From the human T2T-CHM13v2.0 reference genome, Homo sapiens, in the NCBI RefSeq assembly GCF_009914755.1, contig NC_060932.1: a DNA stretch of 64,000 nucleotides. One strand, given 5' to 3'. Shown here piece after piece: positions 22,452 to 42,616 of this stretch (positions are counted from its first letter, which is position 1; each line of letters starts with the position of its first letter). The translations under genes were made by a program, and so were the position numbers. A model generated the notes under the pieces. That model searched no databases. It had not been told where the DNA came from and was given only the letters and a program-made list of their open reading frames with translations.

Positions 22452-22581
22452 TCACCACCTGTAAAATCTGCTCCTCCAGTTGGGCACGGTGGCTTACGCC
22501 TGGGTGGCTCACCCAGCACTCTGGGAGGCCAAGGCGGGAGGATCACTTGAGGTCTGGAGTTCGAGACCAGCCTGGCCATCA

Positions 22582-22875
<294 letters not shown>

Positions 22876-23071
22876 CTAAGAGGGTACAAACTGTTTCAGA
22901 GCATTGCTTCTCAAATACAAGTTCTTGCACTGCTAATGTGTCTGGCACTATCTAATATGTGAATCATCTGGGAGCTCTACTCCTTGAGTTTCTGACACAG
23001 CAGTTCTGATGTTATCAATGAAATCTGTATTATTAATCAGTTAACAATTTGCTTCTGATGTTTGAACATAA

Positions 23072-23297
<226 letters not shown>

Positions 23298-23842
23298 TAG
23301 TAGACACGGGGTTTCACCATATTGGCCAGGCTGGCCTCAAACTCCTGACCTCAAGTGATCTGCCCGCCTTGGCCTCCCAAAGTGCTGGGATTACAGGCAT
23401 GAGCCACCGTGCCCAGCCAAATATTTCCCTTCTAACATGGAATAAAAAGATAGATGAAGTAGATAAAGGAGGGAAGATGTGGTATGTAAAATGCTAGTTT
23501 TTTTCCACATCCTGGTCTATGTTCTGTGATAAACATACAGTCATCTAATGAACAAAGAATCACAAATATGTTCTACCCCAGGATCTGAGAGTTCTCAACT
23601 TCCATCCCCTTCCATCTCAGTATTTCTTCGTCTGTGAACAAGATATGAAGCAAATGTAAAACAAATAGAAGCAGATATTCCCCACTGCACCTTTTTTATG
23701 AGCAAAAGCAAATATTGAATCATTTAAGGAATATTCATGGAGAGGCAGTTAAAACACACTTCATCCACCGGTGCAAAACTCTGAATGATCGAGCTCATTG
23801 GCAAGACAGGAGGCTGCAGAAATGACCCTCCCCATAGGACTT

Positions 23843-24163
23843 CTAAAAAAAAAGTATTGTTTACATTTTATTTATTTGTGTTTTTAAATTGATATATCAT
23901 AGTTACATATATTTTGGGGGTATGTGTGATACATGTATACAATGTGTAATGATGAAATTAGGGTGATAGAGGTATCCATCACTTCAAACATTTTTCTTTG
24001 TGTTGAAAACATTCTAATTCTTCTCTTCTAGCTATTTTGAAATATGCAATAAATTATTGTTAACTATAATTTACCTACTGTGTTATCAAATACCAGACTT
24101 TATCCTTCTATCTAAGTGTTTTTTTTGTACTCATTAACCAACTTCTCTTCCTCCCCCTCCTCT
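23843..24163 (-). mobile_element. 5'-truncated L1MA 3' end with target-site duplication
   Basis: L1MA 3'UTR-like sequence on minus; CCATAGGACTT repeated at 23832-23842 and 24164-24174. Confidence 0.75.
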
Positions 24164-24367
24164 CCATAGGACTTACAATCATTGTGTTGAACTCAAGATC
24201 ATCCAGCTCCAACAATTTTCTTTCCTTTCCTCCTTTGCAGTTCTAGCTGCTCAATTATTATTTTGGCAACCTAAAAATCACATTAATAAAGAGATGCTAG
24301 ACCAAAAGAACCCTGAAAGTTAATAAAGAAAAAAAAAGAAAGAAAAAACAAAATAAAGTGATGCTAG

Positions 24368-24858
<491 letters not shown>

Positions 24859-24966
24859 TAAATGGTTTATTCCTCTGATTGTATACAAGCAAACACACAT
24901 GCTTTACAGATGAGCAACTTTATTAGGTTTAATCCTCCAACAAGCTGCCTTCCACACTTCAGGGTT

Positions 24967-24968
<2 letters not shown>

Positions 24969-25000
<32 letters not shown>
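24969..25000 (+). repeat. (GT)16 microsatellite
   Basis: Seen directly. Confidence 0.95.
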
Positions 25001-25002
<2 letters not shown>

Positions 25003-25149
25003 ACTTCATAGGAAACCTGACTCTGCCCAGGGTTAGCTCTGGGAAAAGTTGCTGTGGGAGTGGCTGAAGGTGGCAGAGGCCTGGAAGGTAAGACAACGGA
25101 GACCCTGTCTCTAAATAAATAAGTAAATAGAGACCTAACAACTAATTTA

Positions 25150-25578
<429 letters not shown>

Positions 25579-26585
25579 CTAAGAGATAATAAACCAATAA
25601 CAATAATACAACACTAGTGAGGAATACATAGTGCACTGTGGTAACAGAGGAGAATGCGGGTATGTATAGAGAATGTTGAAATAGCATTACATTTTCTTAT
25701 CTTTTCTTTTCTTTTTTTTTGAGACTGAGTTGCGCTCTGTCACCCAGGCTGGAGTGCAGTGGTGCGATCTCAGCTCACTGCAACCTCTGCCTTGTGGGTT
25801 CAGGCAATTCTCTGCCTCAGCCTCTCGAAGAGTTGGGATAACAGGCACCCACCACCACGCCCGGCTAATTTTTGTATTTTTAGTAGAGACAGGGTTTCAC
25901 CATCTTGGCCAGGGTGGTTTCGATCTCCTGACCTGCTGATCCATCTGTCTTGGCCTCCCAAAGTGCTGGGATTACAGGTGTGAGCCACCGCACACGGCTA
26001 AATTTTCTTTCATTCTTCTTTTGAACTGGAGATTACTTTTTGTTTGTTTGTTTTTTTAATGAGACAGAGTCTCGCTCTGTCACCCACGCTGGAGTGCAGT
26101 GGCGGGATCTCGGCTCACCGCAAGCTCTGCCTCACTAAATACTACATAATATCATGATAAATGCTTTTAAACTTTATATCAAATTTCTCATGTGTTTCAG
26201 TTGCAGTCAAATCCAGGGTATCCCTAGGGTGACCCCAGTGAGTCCCACTCCCTGGTGTTCATGTCTTGTATCTTCTCCTCCCCTCCAGTGAGGGTGGCAC
26301 CTGTGACTTGATCTAACCAATGGCATAAGGCAAAGTCTATGGAAAGTCACTGCCATAATTTTTTAAGATTATTTAAGATTATTTAAGATTAACATTATTT
26401 AAGATTCTGTTTTAGCAGACTGGAATTTAACTCGTTGCTGGCTTGATGAAGTAAGGAGCTATGTTGAGAAATCCCATGTGGCAAGAAGCCACAGGCAGCC
26501 TCTAGGACCTGTGGGTGGCCTCCCGGACACACGCCATCCTTACTGAGACTGTGTCCTTCTTACACTTTTGTTATTAAAATGGTCT

Positions 26586-27424
<839 letters not shown>

Positions 27425-27470
27425 GTCTTTCTTTCCTTTTCTTTTTTCTTTTTCTTTTTTTTTTTTTTGA

Positions 27471-27699
<229 letters not shown>

Positions 27700-28019
27700 T
27701 AGGCCGCCCAAAGTGCTGAGGTACAGGCGAGAGCCACCGCGCCCGGCCCGGCCGACAGTCTTTCTTCTATAATACGATACAAACTAGTAAAGATTTTCTT
27801 TTTCCCCTGGCGGAAAAGAGCTGTTAGGCTTCCAGATTTGTTTTTGTGGGTTATTAGACCTCTACTTTTCTTCTGGGTATTTTCCCTCCCTTATCAACTT
27901 TGTTTGTTGTCTCAAATAGGCAATGAGGAAGACACAGGTGTTTATTATTATTGGAATGCTCTTTCCATTTGGTCAGTGGTTTCTCAAAGCAGGAGGAATT
28001 CAAGTTCTGAGTTTCTAAA

Positions 28020-28980
28020 GTCAGGACCCGGTGCCGCACCCAACGTGGGCGTGGGGAGTGGCTAAGTCAGGGTCTGAGGGGCAGGGCCGGGGCCTGGCTG
28101 CGAGCTGGGGCCGGGGGACTCGGAGGAGCGGGGACCCAGCCCCGCCGCGCCGCCTGCAGCTTTCCCCAGCCTCCTCCCCAGCAGAGGGGAGGCCCGACAG
28201 GGAGGGGTCCCATCCTCATGAACGGTCACAAACAGGGCGCTAGGGAAGCACGCCCGACCCCCGCGGTCCCCGCGCTCCAGGATTCGGCAGACTGCGCGCG
28301 TGCTGCCTCCCGCGGATCGCACTGGGTCCCAACAGGGTTCCCAGCTCCAGGCAGCGCCCATGAACAAGCCCAGCATTGCGGACGGGCGCGCGCAGACGCC
28401 AGCGTGGTGAAGACGCGGGGGCGCGCGCGCGGCGACGAGACTGCCAGGGGACGCTTCGCAACACCGAGAGTCTCAGCGTTTCTCGAGATAGGTGAGGCTG
28501 CGCGTTCCGGAACTGGTTTCCCGGAAGGAGCATGTCTGCGCCCGCGATCCGACCGGAAGTTGCACGCTGAGCCGCGGACACCATGCAGTCGGATGATGTG
28601 AGTCTCCTCCGGTTGTTCTTACACCCGGGGTTTGCGCAGGGAATTTTGCCCATTTTCGGACACTTAGAAAACGCGTACGCAGCGGGTCTGTTGCCTCGTG
28701 CCGCTCTGGATGTGAGGCTTCCGGAACCCCGATTTTCCAACATAGGTTCTCACGCGTGTCTAGCAGGGGTTTACTGCCCGCTGCCCCGGCCGGGTTGTGA
28801 GCACAGGACTCCGTCACCTCAGCCCATGGGGTCGATGTGTCCCGTCCTTCGTGCCTACCAATGCAGGACGTCGCGTCATGCTGTCAGCTGTCAGCTCCGG
28901 ACTTGGGGTAGGGGGCGGCCCGGGATTTGGCGAAGCTGACTCCAAGTTTAAGCGTCCTTCTCATCCATGTGCGCGTTACT
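28020..28980. promoter_or_regulatory. CpG island promoter of MAK16
   Basis: CpG-rich; ETS/GABPA CCGGAAGT at 28553-28560, GTTCCGGAAC at 28504-28513 and TTCCCGGAA at 28518-28526, just upstream of the ATG. Confidence 0.9.
28583..28597 (+). CDS. MAK16: MAK16 coding exon 1 (MQSDD)
   Basis: accATG then GAT|gtgagt donor. Confidence 0.95.
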
Positions 28981-29059
28981 CTTCCATCTGCGTTTCCTGT
29001 GTAGGCTTTTCTTTACATTTGCTCTACTTCTGCCTAAGTCATAATTTCGGAAGTATCCT

Positions 29060-30330
29060 AGATTCATTCATTGAGTTTTTTGTTGGAGAAATAACAGTGT
29101 GCTTACAGTGTGCCAGGCATTGTGGTAATTATTGAGGATTTGGTTAACCAGAAAAAATGCCCCACCTCTCCTGGAACACTGATGGGGGAGACACAGTAAA
29201 CAAGTGAACAAATAAGTTAACAATTACACTATATAATCATACTATGAAAGAAAGACCAGAGATGATGAAGGACACTTCAGATAGGGTTACTCAGGGAAGG
29301 TTTCTCTGAACAGAAGATGTTTGAGTTGAGATCTAAAAGATAAGAATAAGCCAGTCACTGAGGAGCTGAGGAAAAAGCAATCCAGGCAGTAGGAACAGTA
29401 AAGTACAAAGAGTTGAAGATATGAGAGAATGAATATAAGGGTCATCAAAGTGACAATGTAAGACAGGTAATGAAATTAGATATGCTTGCCAGGGCGAGGT
29501 CATGCAGAATCTTGTAGGAAGTGTTTTTTAGGCCTTTTAATGATCTATGTTTGTGAAAAGTTGTCTAGTTGCTGTGTGAAGGACTTTTGGAGGGAAAAAA
29601 TGAAAGCAAGGAGACTAGGGTATGACAAAGGTTGCTTCAAGCCAGACACAGTGGCTCATGCCTGTAATCCCAACGCTTTGGGAGGCTGGGGCTGGAGGAT
29701 CGCTTGAGGCCAGGAGTTCGATTCCAGCCTAGGCAATAAAGTGAGACTCCATCTCTACAAAAAATAAAAAATTAGCTGGGCGCGGTGGTGTTCGCCTGAG
29801 GTCCCAGTTACTTCGAAGGCTGAGGCAGAAGGACTACTTGAGCCGAAAAGTCCGAGGCTGCAGTGAGCTGTGATGGCACCACTGCACTCCAGCCTGGGTG
29901 ACAGAGAGACCCTATCTCTAAAGTAAATAAATTTTTTTAAAAACGAAAGTGGCTTCGCCTAAGGTAGTAATTTAATGGTGGAGATGAAAAGAAATTGATG
30001 AATTTGAGACCTTTTACGTCAGTATAATTGACAAGACTTTGGTGATGGATTAAGTGAAGAAGAAAAGGAAGAAATCAAAGGATTTGGGATATAAATACAT
30101 AGTTAAATGGTGATTTTATTTATTGAAGTGGGGGAACTCTAGGGAAGACTGTTCTTACGAGGGATGTGGAATTGAGAACTCCTTGTGGATATGTTAATAT
30201 TTATGTTGCCTTTTAGATATTGAAGAGATGTCATATAAAAATCTGGTGCTCAGGAAAGAAGTCTGACCAGAAAATAACAATTTAGGAGTCATCCATTTAG
30301 AGATGATACTTAAAGCCACAAGCCTAAAAG
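29060..30330. mobile_element. L2 remnant in MAK16 intron 1, with an Alu at about 29640-29930
   Basis: Degenerate L2-like phrases (TTCATTCATT...GTGCCAGGCATTGT, AGGGAAGGTTTCTCTGA...TTTGAGTTGAGATCT). Confidence 0.6.
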
Positions 30331-30785
30331 AGCTCCCTTATTCTTCTTACCTGTTTCCTACCATCCCCCACCAGACACACCTATAAAATTCTTAAAGTGT
30401 GTTTTATTCTTTTGCCCTCTTCATATTTTTCCTTTAACAGTGGTAAAGCTTTTTTTTACCCCAGTTCCTCAAGGCAGCGCACTCAAAGGCTGTCATACTC
30501 TTACGCATGCTATGTGGCCTTTAGACCTGCTATTTTGTGATACTTTGTTTACATATCTTTCCCCTAACTAGATAGACGAAACTCTTTAAAGAGTATACTT
30601 TCTTTCATTCAGCAAATACTTAAGTGGCTACTGTGTGTCAGGACTTGGAGATGTCAGTGCCTTACATAAATTAAGTATATAATGCTGAATGAATAAAGAG
30701 CACATTAAGTACAGGAGGATAGCAGTAGATAGTTTTCTTTGCCCTCAATGAGATAAAATTATGGTATGTATATCTAAAAATCTAA

Positions 30786-31067
<282 letters not shown>

Positions 31068-31312
31068 TGAGCCACTACACCCGGCCCATGAGAGCCTTTA
31101 ATAATGGATAATGAACATAAGTAAAAAGGGAAAGTTACGAAGTATATAAAATGTGATTTCACAGAGTATGTCAAAAAAAGTCTGGAAAAATATTTACAGA
31201 ATAGTAATGAAATTTTATCTCTGGGTAATGGAGTTATGATTATTGCTCATCTGTATTTAGCTTTTCTATAAGAATCTGCTGGGCTTTTTTGTTTTGTTTT
31301 GTTTTGTTTTGA

Positions 31313-31471
<159 letters not shown>

Positions 31472-31479
31472 TAATATAG

Positions 31480-31614
<135 letters not shown>

Positions 31615-31742
31615 TAAACAAGTCAGGCTATTTTACAAAACATTTCTTCCTCTCATTCCTGTCCTTGGGCATTGCCTTCTTGAATTAATATAGTATCTCT
31701 TGGGGCAGAGGATTTGAAATGGGCTTTTACTTTGTCTTGCAG

Positions 31743-31792
31743 GTTATCTGGGATACACTAGGAAACAAGCAATTTTGTTCCTTCAAAATAAG
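31743..31792 (+). CDS. MAK16: MAK16 exon 2 (VIWDTLGNKQFCSFKIR)
   Basis: ttgcag| acceptor, AG|gtgagt donor, 50 nt, frame consistent. Confidence 0.96.
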
Positions 31793-31858
31793 GTGAGTCT
31801 CAATTTACAACTTGGTCAAAGATTCCTTCAGTTGCCTCTTTGGCAACCCATTTTATAA

Positions 31859-32187
<329 letters not shown>

Positions 32188-32352
32188 TGACCGCTGATCA
32201 AGAGCATCAAAGCCACATGCTTGACCATGATGCCCAATTCCATGACCATTAACTTTTGAGGCCATCCTCATTAGGCCATGGGTGTCACTGACAGTGAAAA
32301 CCTAATGAATCATTTACACTTGCCCTTCAAACTTCCTGTTTCTGTTTGGTAG

Positions 32353-32505
<153 letters not shown>

Positions 32506-33649
32506 TAAGTATTTGGATCATTCATTATTTTTAAATCTCTCTTTTTATGGAGCTTGTTTTGAAGTTGAGAAATTGTGAAACTTCGGGGCTTTCTATTCAA
32601 CTTTGTGGAGTCTGTTATGATGTACTAAAGAGAAACTTTAGCTTTGACTAAAGGTGTGCCCTTTGATATGGCAGGACTTTTAAAACAGTAGAATACAACT
32701 TGATTATCACCCTCCTTGTCTGAAAATCTTTCAGAAAATTTTATTTTCTTTTTTGTTAAGACGGAGTCTCACTCTGTCGCCCAGGCTGGAATTTGCAGTG
32801 GCGCGACCTCAGCTCACTGCAACCTCCATCTCCCCGGTTGAAGCAATCCTCCCACCTCAGCCTCCTGAGCAGCTAGGATTACAGGCATGGACCACCATGC
32901 CTGGTTAATTTTTTTTGTATTTTTAGTAGAGATGGGGTTTCACCATGTTGGCCAGGCTGGTCTAGAATTCCTGACCTCAAGCGATCCGCCTTAGCCTCCC
33001 AAAGTGCTGGGATTACAGGCATGAGCCACCATGCCCAGCCTTCAGAAAATTTCCTCTATGACCCCCGAGGGAATCTTAACTTTAGAGATTTGAAAATGAT
33101 CTAAGACATGTGACTATACAGGAATGTAAGAACTTTACTCTGGATTCACTGAAAACTAATTTTTAAAAGTGATATGAAATCCCCAGAATTAACAGAATAC
33201 CTTCTCTAGGACTGTTAGGCCCTAATGCTTTTTGACTGTGATCTACATAGAATGCTAAAGATGATGTCAGACTTCGACAGAAAATTCTTTTTTCTTAGTT
33301 CACTGAAGTCTTAATTTTAGCATGGTGAATGCCCTGAGAATCCCAGAATGCCTGAACAAAAATGGCCGGATTAAAATACATGTAAAAATATATGACTTTT
33401 TATAGTATTAAATTTCTAGAAGCGTTTAGTGTATCTTGCTGTATTGAGCTGAGCCCTACAGCACCAACCTTGGGCTCCAAGGCTTGTTTGAATCGCTAGC
33501 CTCCGTGAATGCCTGAAGCTCAGCCATCCTGCCCTGCACATGAGTAGACTTCCATTTTAGTCACCAATTCCAATCCTTTTTTCTTCTCATCCTTAAAAAG
33601 GAACACAGCACATGACAGTGGATTTTCTGATATATTTTCTTTCCCTTAG

Positions 33650-33704
33650 GAGGAAACTTGTTCCTTTGAGTAAGAAGGTGGAGCGTAGGGAGAAAAGAAG
33701 AGAG
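33650..33704 (+). CDS. MAK16: MAK16 exon 6 (RKLVPLSKKVERREKRRE)
   Basis: ccttag| and GAG|gtaact, 55 nt. Confidence 0.96.
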
Positions 33705-34074
33705 GTAACTTATTGTTGAGATATTCATACCTTCTACATTTTCTTTCTGGGGGGCTCTTATAGATTCAGTCACCATCATTATGTAAACTGTTGAGGCCTT
33801 GGATAATGGTTCACTAATAGATAACTATTAGTTGCCTAAGACATTTGATTTTTCATATTTTAAGATTATGATTTTCAGCACAGGTTAAAGTATGTGTGCT
33901 TTGGGGATATATGTAATGGAGAACAGAAAGAATCCACAACTCCTTTTTCTAAATTTCTTGTGGTCAAATATTTCAGACTTCAGAATTTTGATGTTGCATA
34001 TTTTACATACTACATAAAACCTTTAGTAGATTTTGAGCATTCTAATCAAATGGAATTTCTGCAGTGAAATACAA

Positions 34075-36400
<2,326 letters not shown>

Positions 36401-36524
36401 TTTCTTTTGATGCTTCTGTCCCCATTAATCACAGTTATGTATCTAAAATCTGTATCATTGGTCTGCAAAGTTGTGCTCACCTCAGTAAAATTTTTGAACA
36501 TGTATTCCCCAATGTTATTTATAA

Positions 36525-36755
<231 letters not shown>

Positions 36756-37396
36756 TGATTCACCCGCCTTAGCCTCCCAAAGTGCTGGGATTACAGGCTA
36801 TAAATGTTATTATACATACACACTTCCACTAATAATACAATGTGTATTATAACTAATTGTGATGTAGTGAAACAAAAGTCTGCTTCTTAGCTGAGTATGA
36901 TTTTGTCTTGAAGGGCTGTCATACATAACTGAGGGATTGTAGAGAAGTGCATTGTTGATAGGTGGTCTCAAGTACTTTAATTTTTCATTATGCTCCATTA
37001 GTTATGGAGCGGCTTTTTTTCAAGTCCAGTTAGTGAGTTTTCATCTCCAGTTGTCAAACAGGTGTTCCTACAAACCTTTCAGAAGAAATTAATTTTTTCT
37101 ATTTTCACCAATTGAGTTTGTAACCCTCTGAAAAATGTAGATTTGGAAGAGTTTTAAATGCATTACAATATTCTGTTTCCACATTTTTAAAGTGTGTGAT
37201 TGCAATTTTTATAGGAGACATGTTTTCAGCAGTGCCATATGTAGATATAATCAGTTTTCTTTTCACAACCTTCACAGAACAAGTTTTTTTTTTTTCAAAA
37301 AACAATTGTCTTCCTCAAACTATTAAAATGTTGCTTTTGTTTGGAAGACACAGATTAAGCGTATTTATTTTTAAAAATGTCTACTGGGTTACATAA

Positions 37397-37618
<222 letters not shown>

Positions 37619-38122
37619 TAGTAGAGACGGGGTTTCACGACGTTTGTCAGGCTGGTCTTGATCTCCTGACGTCGGGTGATCTGCCCACCTCGACCTCTCA
37701 AAGTGCTGGGATTACAGGCATGAGCCACCTTGCCAGCCTGGTTCTACAACTTTTAAAAATACTAACCCATTAGATAACCAGCATACTTTTATAACTACTC
37801 TCTATCTTTGGCAGAATATTCAGTGTCATCTATGAATCCGCTTAACTAAGCAAACATAAACAGTTAAATAGTCGTCTAAATAAACAAGTGAGACCACCAC
37901 TTGCAAGCCCTATGTGCCGTATTCCTCCCTTGAGATATCTGGCTCACTGTATCTGACACACAACTATTTACTTTATAGACAGAGTCAAGGCACCAATGTC
38001 AGTGTACAAGAAAAGTAGTAATGATGTTAAATTTTTTAAGGAAAAAGAGATATGTGGAAGTTTTGAATATTTTCTTCCTACACTTCAGCGGATACCCTTG
38101 AAGTGTAAACACCCCACTCTAG

Positions 38123-38353
<231 letters not shown>

Positions 38354-38906
38354 TAACTTACAGATATAACACTTTAAAACCCTCTATGACTTTCACTATC
38401 AAATTAATGCACCATCCTGGGCTATTGTGTGGTAGTACAGGTTGATGTCATGTGTCATCTCCAATGAGAGATCACTGGAGGAAGAGATTTTTACCTATTC
38501 TGTCACATGGAATCTAGCATGATTTTAGAAAATGTAAACGAATGAAGATTTCTGTTCTTTTTTCTCAGCTTTTACAAAGTCTGGCTCCAGAGTTGCTAGA
38601 TTATTTCTGAGACACTTAAATGTATATAGACTTACATGCTTTGTATCTATCAAAGCCTGTGTTAGAATTTAATTTAGAATGTTGTTTCCAAAACCATAGG
38701 AATTTCAAAATGGAAATGTTCCCAAGGAAGTTTACAAGAGAAAGAAGAAGAAATCTATCTCGTTGGAAAGGCAAAAGCCAGTATTAGCAAGGAGGGGAAA
38801 TAATTACATTGTCTTTCTTATAAACAACTTGGTAGTTTCTTCCATTTTTATAAGATGAGTAATGAGCACTGATGAATTAAACAGATTTGCTCTTTCCCCC
38901 TTATAG

Positions 38907-39008
<102 letters not shown>

Positions 39009-39026
39009 TGAAATTTTAAGTGGTAG

Positions 39027-39185
<159 letters not shown>

Positions 39186-39969
39186 TGAGTAGTTGGGATT
39201 ACAGGCACCACCACTGCACCCAGCTAATTTTTGTATTTTTAGTAGAGACAGGGTTTCACCATCTTGGCCAGGCTGGTCTTGAACTCCTGACCTCGTGAGC
39301 CACTGTGCCTGGCTGGGAAATGTTTTTTAACATGATATGAAGATCTCCACTCGAATTTTATCCCTGGAATAAAATAAATCCATATCGGCCTGGCTTCCTT
39401 GCTTTAATTAATGCAAGCACATAAAATGCTTTGGTTACCCTTGATACTCCATTCACTATAAGAGACCTTTCCCTTTTTGCCATTATTCTCAGCTCCATTC
39501 CCCAAGACAACAATTCCAGATTTCTGTATAAAAGCCATGGGGTTTTGCTTCTCCTGCATATTACCCTAGTCTTTTAAGGCTCTTTGAAATAAGTTTTTAT
39601 TCTCTTTTTAAAAATTAGTGTTGTTTATACAGACAACATGACTAAAGTATGCTTTTTCCTTATTATTTCCCCTTGTCAGCAAAATGACATTTGTCCCAAT
39701 GCATGGGTTTTGTAGACTATTACATTTTAAATTATTTTAAAATGTAACTCCATAGAAGTTACCTATTTGATACTAACTGCAGATGATTTAAATGTTCAAA
39801 AGAACATGCTTTTTTAAGACACTGCTGGCTCTACACTTAAAAATATTACTCATCAAATTAAGTATTCTGATTTAATCACTGAGGAAAAAGTAATATTCTC
39901 CACAGAAAGTGGAACTTCAAGTGTAATATCCAAATGTAGTTAAAGCCAATCTGTGTTTATGTTCTTCAG

Positions 39970-40086
39970 TATGGCGACATCTACAACTTCCCCATTCATG
40001 CCTTCGACAAAGCCCTGGAACAACAGGAGGCAGAGAGTGACTCTTCAGATACTGAGGAAAAAGATGATGATGATGATGATGAGGAA
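39970..40086 (+). CDS. MAK16: MAK16 exon 8 ([17 protein letters not shown]...DDDDDDEE)
   Basis: cttcag| and GAA|gtaagt, 117 nt; (GAT)6 at 40063-40080. Confidence 0.96.
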
Positions 40087-40576
40087 GTAAGTCTTGTTTT
40101 TGTTTTGCCAAACCTACTAGATACCATTTGTATAAAACTGAGAAACAGAATATCATCTTCAGTCCGCTAACCAAAAATGATATGTCTTCTTTTTTCTTTC
40201 ATGTGATTAATTTTGGTTTAGCACTGGTTGCTCTGTTCTTCAGGCTAACCAACAAACCATTAACAATTTTAGTCTTAATTTATTGGTCTTCTAAAATTGT
40301 TCCTGCAAGGTGACAAATTATAAAGCCTTTCCTGTCTATATGTAGTTTTTAACCATAATGAGGATGTTTTATTGCTAATAATTTAAATCAAGAATAAGAA
40401 TGATCTGGTAGCCCTAAAATTTTTAAAATTCAGAAGCATTAAATTTAGAAAGAACTAAATTTTCATTGCCTAGTGAAAAGACTGTGGTTCTCATTATGTT
40501 ATTTTGTACTTACTTAGATGTCTAATCTGAATCTTCATTATGTATTCTGAACCTAACAGTTATGTTTTATTTATAG

Positions 40577-40642
40577 GATGTGGGGAAAAGAGAATTTGTC
40601 GAAGATGGTGAGGTAGATGAGAGTGACATAAGTGATTTTGAG
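40577..40642 (+). CDS. MAK16: MAK16 exon 9 (DVGKREFVEDGEVDESDISDFE)
   Basis: ttatag| and GAG|gtgagc, 66 nt. Confidence 0.96.
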
Positions 40643-40652
40643 GTGAGCTTTA

Positions 40653-40853
<201 letters not shown>

Positions 40854-40876
40854 TTAGATGAAGTTTCGCTCTGTAG

Positions 40877-41074
<198 letters not shown>

Positions 41075-41156
41075 TAATCCGCCTGCCTCAGTCTCCCAAA
41101 GTGCTAAGATTAAAGGCATGAGTCACAGGGCCTGGCCTAAAATTTTTTAAAAATCA

Positions 41157-41294
<138 letters not shown>

Positions 41295-41297
41295 CTA

Positions 41298-41453
<156 letters not shown>

Positions 41454-41770
41454 TTAAAATTCAGCTGGATGTGGTGGCGGTTGCCTGTAGTCCCAGCTAC
41501 TCAGGAAGCTGAGGTGGGAGGATTGTTGACTACAGCAGTTTGAGGCTGCAGTGAGCCATGACTATGCCACTGCACTCCTGCTTGGGCAACAGAGCAAGAC
41601 CCCGTCTCAAAAAAAAAAAAAAAAAAAAAAATTAAAGAAAGGGACAATTTCTGAACACAGACATAGACAAATCAATGCCCTAGTCTGTTCTAGATTGAGG
41701 GGACAATGAAGGGAGTTTGGAGAAATCTAGTGTTTTCCCTCTTCCTTTATCTTTTCTCTCCCCGTAATAG

Positions 41771-41968
41771 GATATGGATAAACTGGATGCCAGCAGTGAT
41801 GAAGATCAGGATGGTAAATCCTCCAGTGAGGAGGAGGAAGAAAAGGCCCTTAGTGCGAAACACAAAGGCAAAATGCCCTTGAGAGGACCACTGCGGAGAA
41901 AACGAGCCTATGTGGAAATAGAATACGAGCAGGAGACAGAGCCCGTGGCCAAAGCCAAAACCACGTGA
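41771..41968 (+). CDS. MAK16: MAK16 exon 10 coding part (DMDKLD...[19 protein letters not shown]); nucleolar 60S ribosome biogenesis factor
   Basis: taatag| acceptor; TGA at 41966-41968; the ten exons sum to 903 nt = 300 aa + stop. Confidence 0.97.
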
Positions 41969-42074
41969 TTTCCCTTTCAGCATTTATACCCAGGACTGAA
42001 CATGCAGAACTGTTTTTTTTTTTTTTTTTATCTTAAACACATACACACCTCCAGTTTTTGCTCTTTTGTGTTGT

Positions 42075-42511
42075 ACTGAACACAATATTTGTGTTTTTAT
42101 TATTTATGCCACGTCAGTGGGGCAAGAAATCTGGAGTGAGTGAAGAAAGCTAAGTTGTGAACAAGAGTGTTTTTATAGCATATGTGTTGAAGTAACAGCT
42201 TGTGCCCGAGAAACTTAACAGATGAGTTCTTGAATCTGGGATGAGATGACGGATGTAAATATTTCTAAATTTTAAATGCTACATTACTTGGTGTCCTTTT
42301 TTCTCCCAAACTTTATTTAGAAATGGAAGGAGTTCAATTTTTTCTTGTTCTACTTTCCCTATTCTTATGGAGGTAAAAGGAAAGAAGGAAGGAAAAAGCA
42401 GCTTTCACTTACAAAGTTTCGTGTAAAAATATCTTTTTTTCTTAAATAACTCCATTCATACAAATTGGGATGGGAAGAAAATCCTTTCCTCTTGGGAAAG
42501 TAATACAAGTC
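42075..42511 (-). other. TTI2: TTI2 3'UTR (end approximate)
   Basis: Minus-strand AATAAA at 42317-42312 and 42101-42096. Confidence 0.55.
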
Positions 42512-42616
42512 TTAAGTTCCATTGTAGGGTGCGCCTTCAGAAACCTGCTGCACTTTTCTGATATAGTTCACCACTTTTCTGTCTTCACAGCTTTGGGGAA
42601 TTTTGGCCAGGAGACC
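42512..42616 (-). CDS. TTI2: TTI2 last coding exon (GLLAKIPQSCEDRKVVNYIRKVQQVSEGAPYNGT*)
   Basis: tttcag| acceptor; TAA at 42514-42512; 105 nt. Confidence 0.96.
   Translation of the reverse strand, partial: GLLAKIPQSCEDRKVVNYIRKVQQVSEGAPYNGT

Noticed and set aside
28583-28939. 118-aa ORF from the MAK16 ATG
   Set aside because: Read-through into intron 1 past a consensus gtgagt donor; only MQSDD is real
33420-33545. Short stems (TGCTGTA/TACAGCA, CCTTGG/CCAAGG) and a terminal ACA suggesting an intronic H/ACA snoRNA
   Set aside because: No proper H box or two-hairpin layout; it looks more like a decayed MLT1-type LTR fragment
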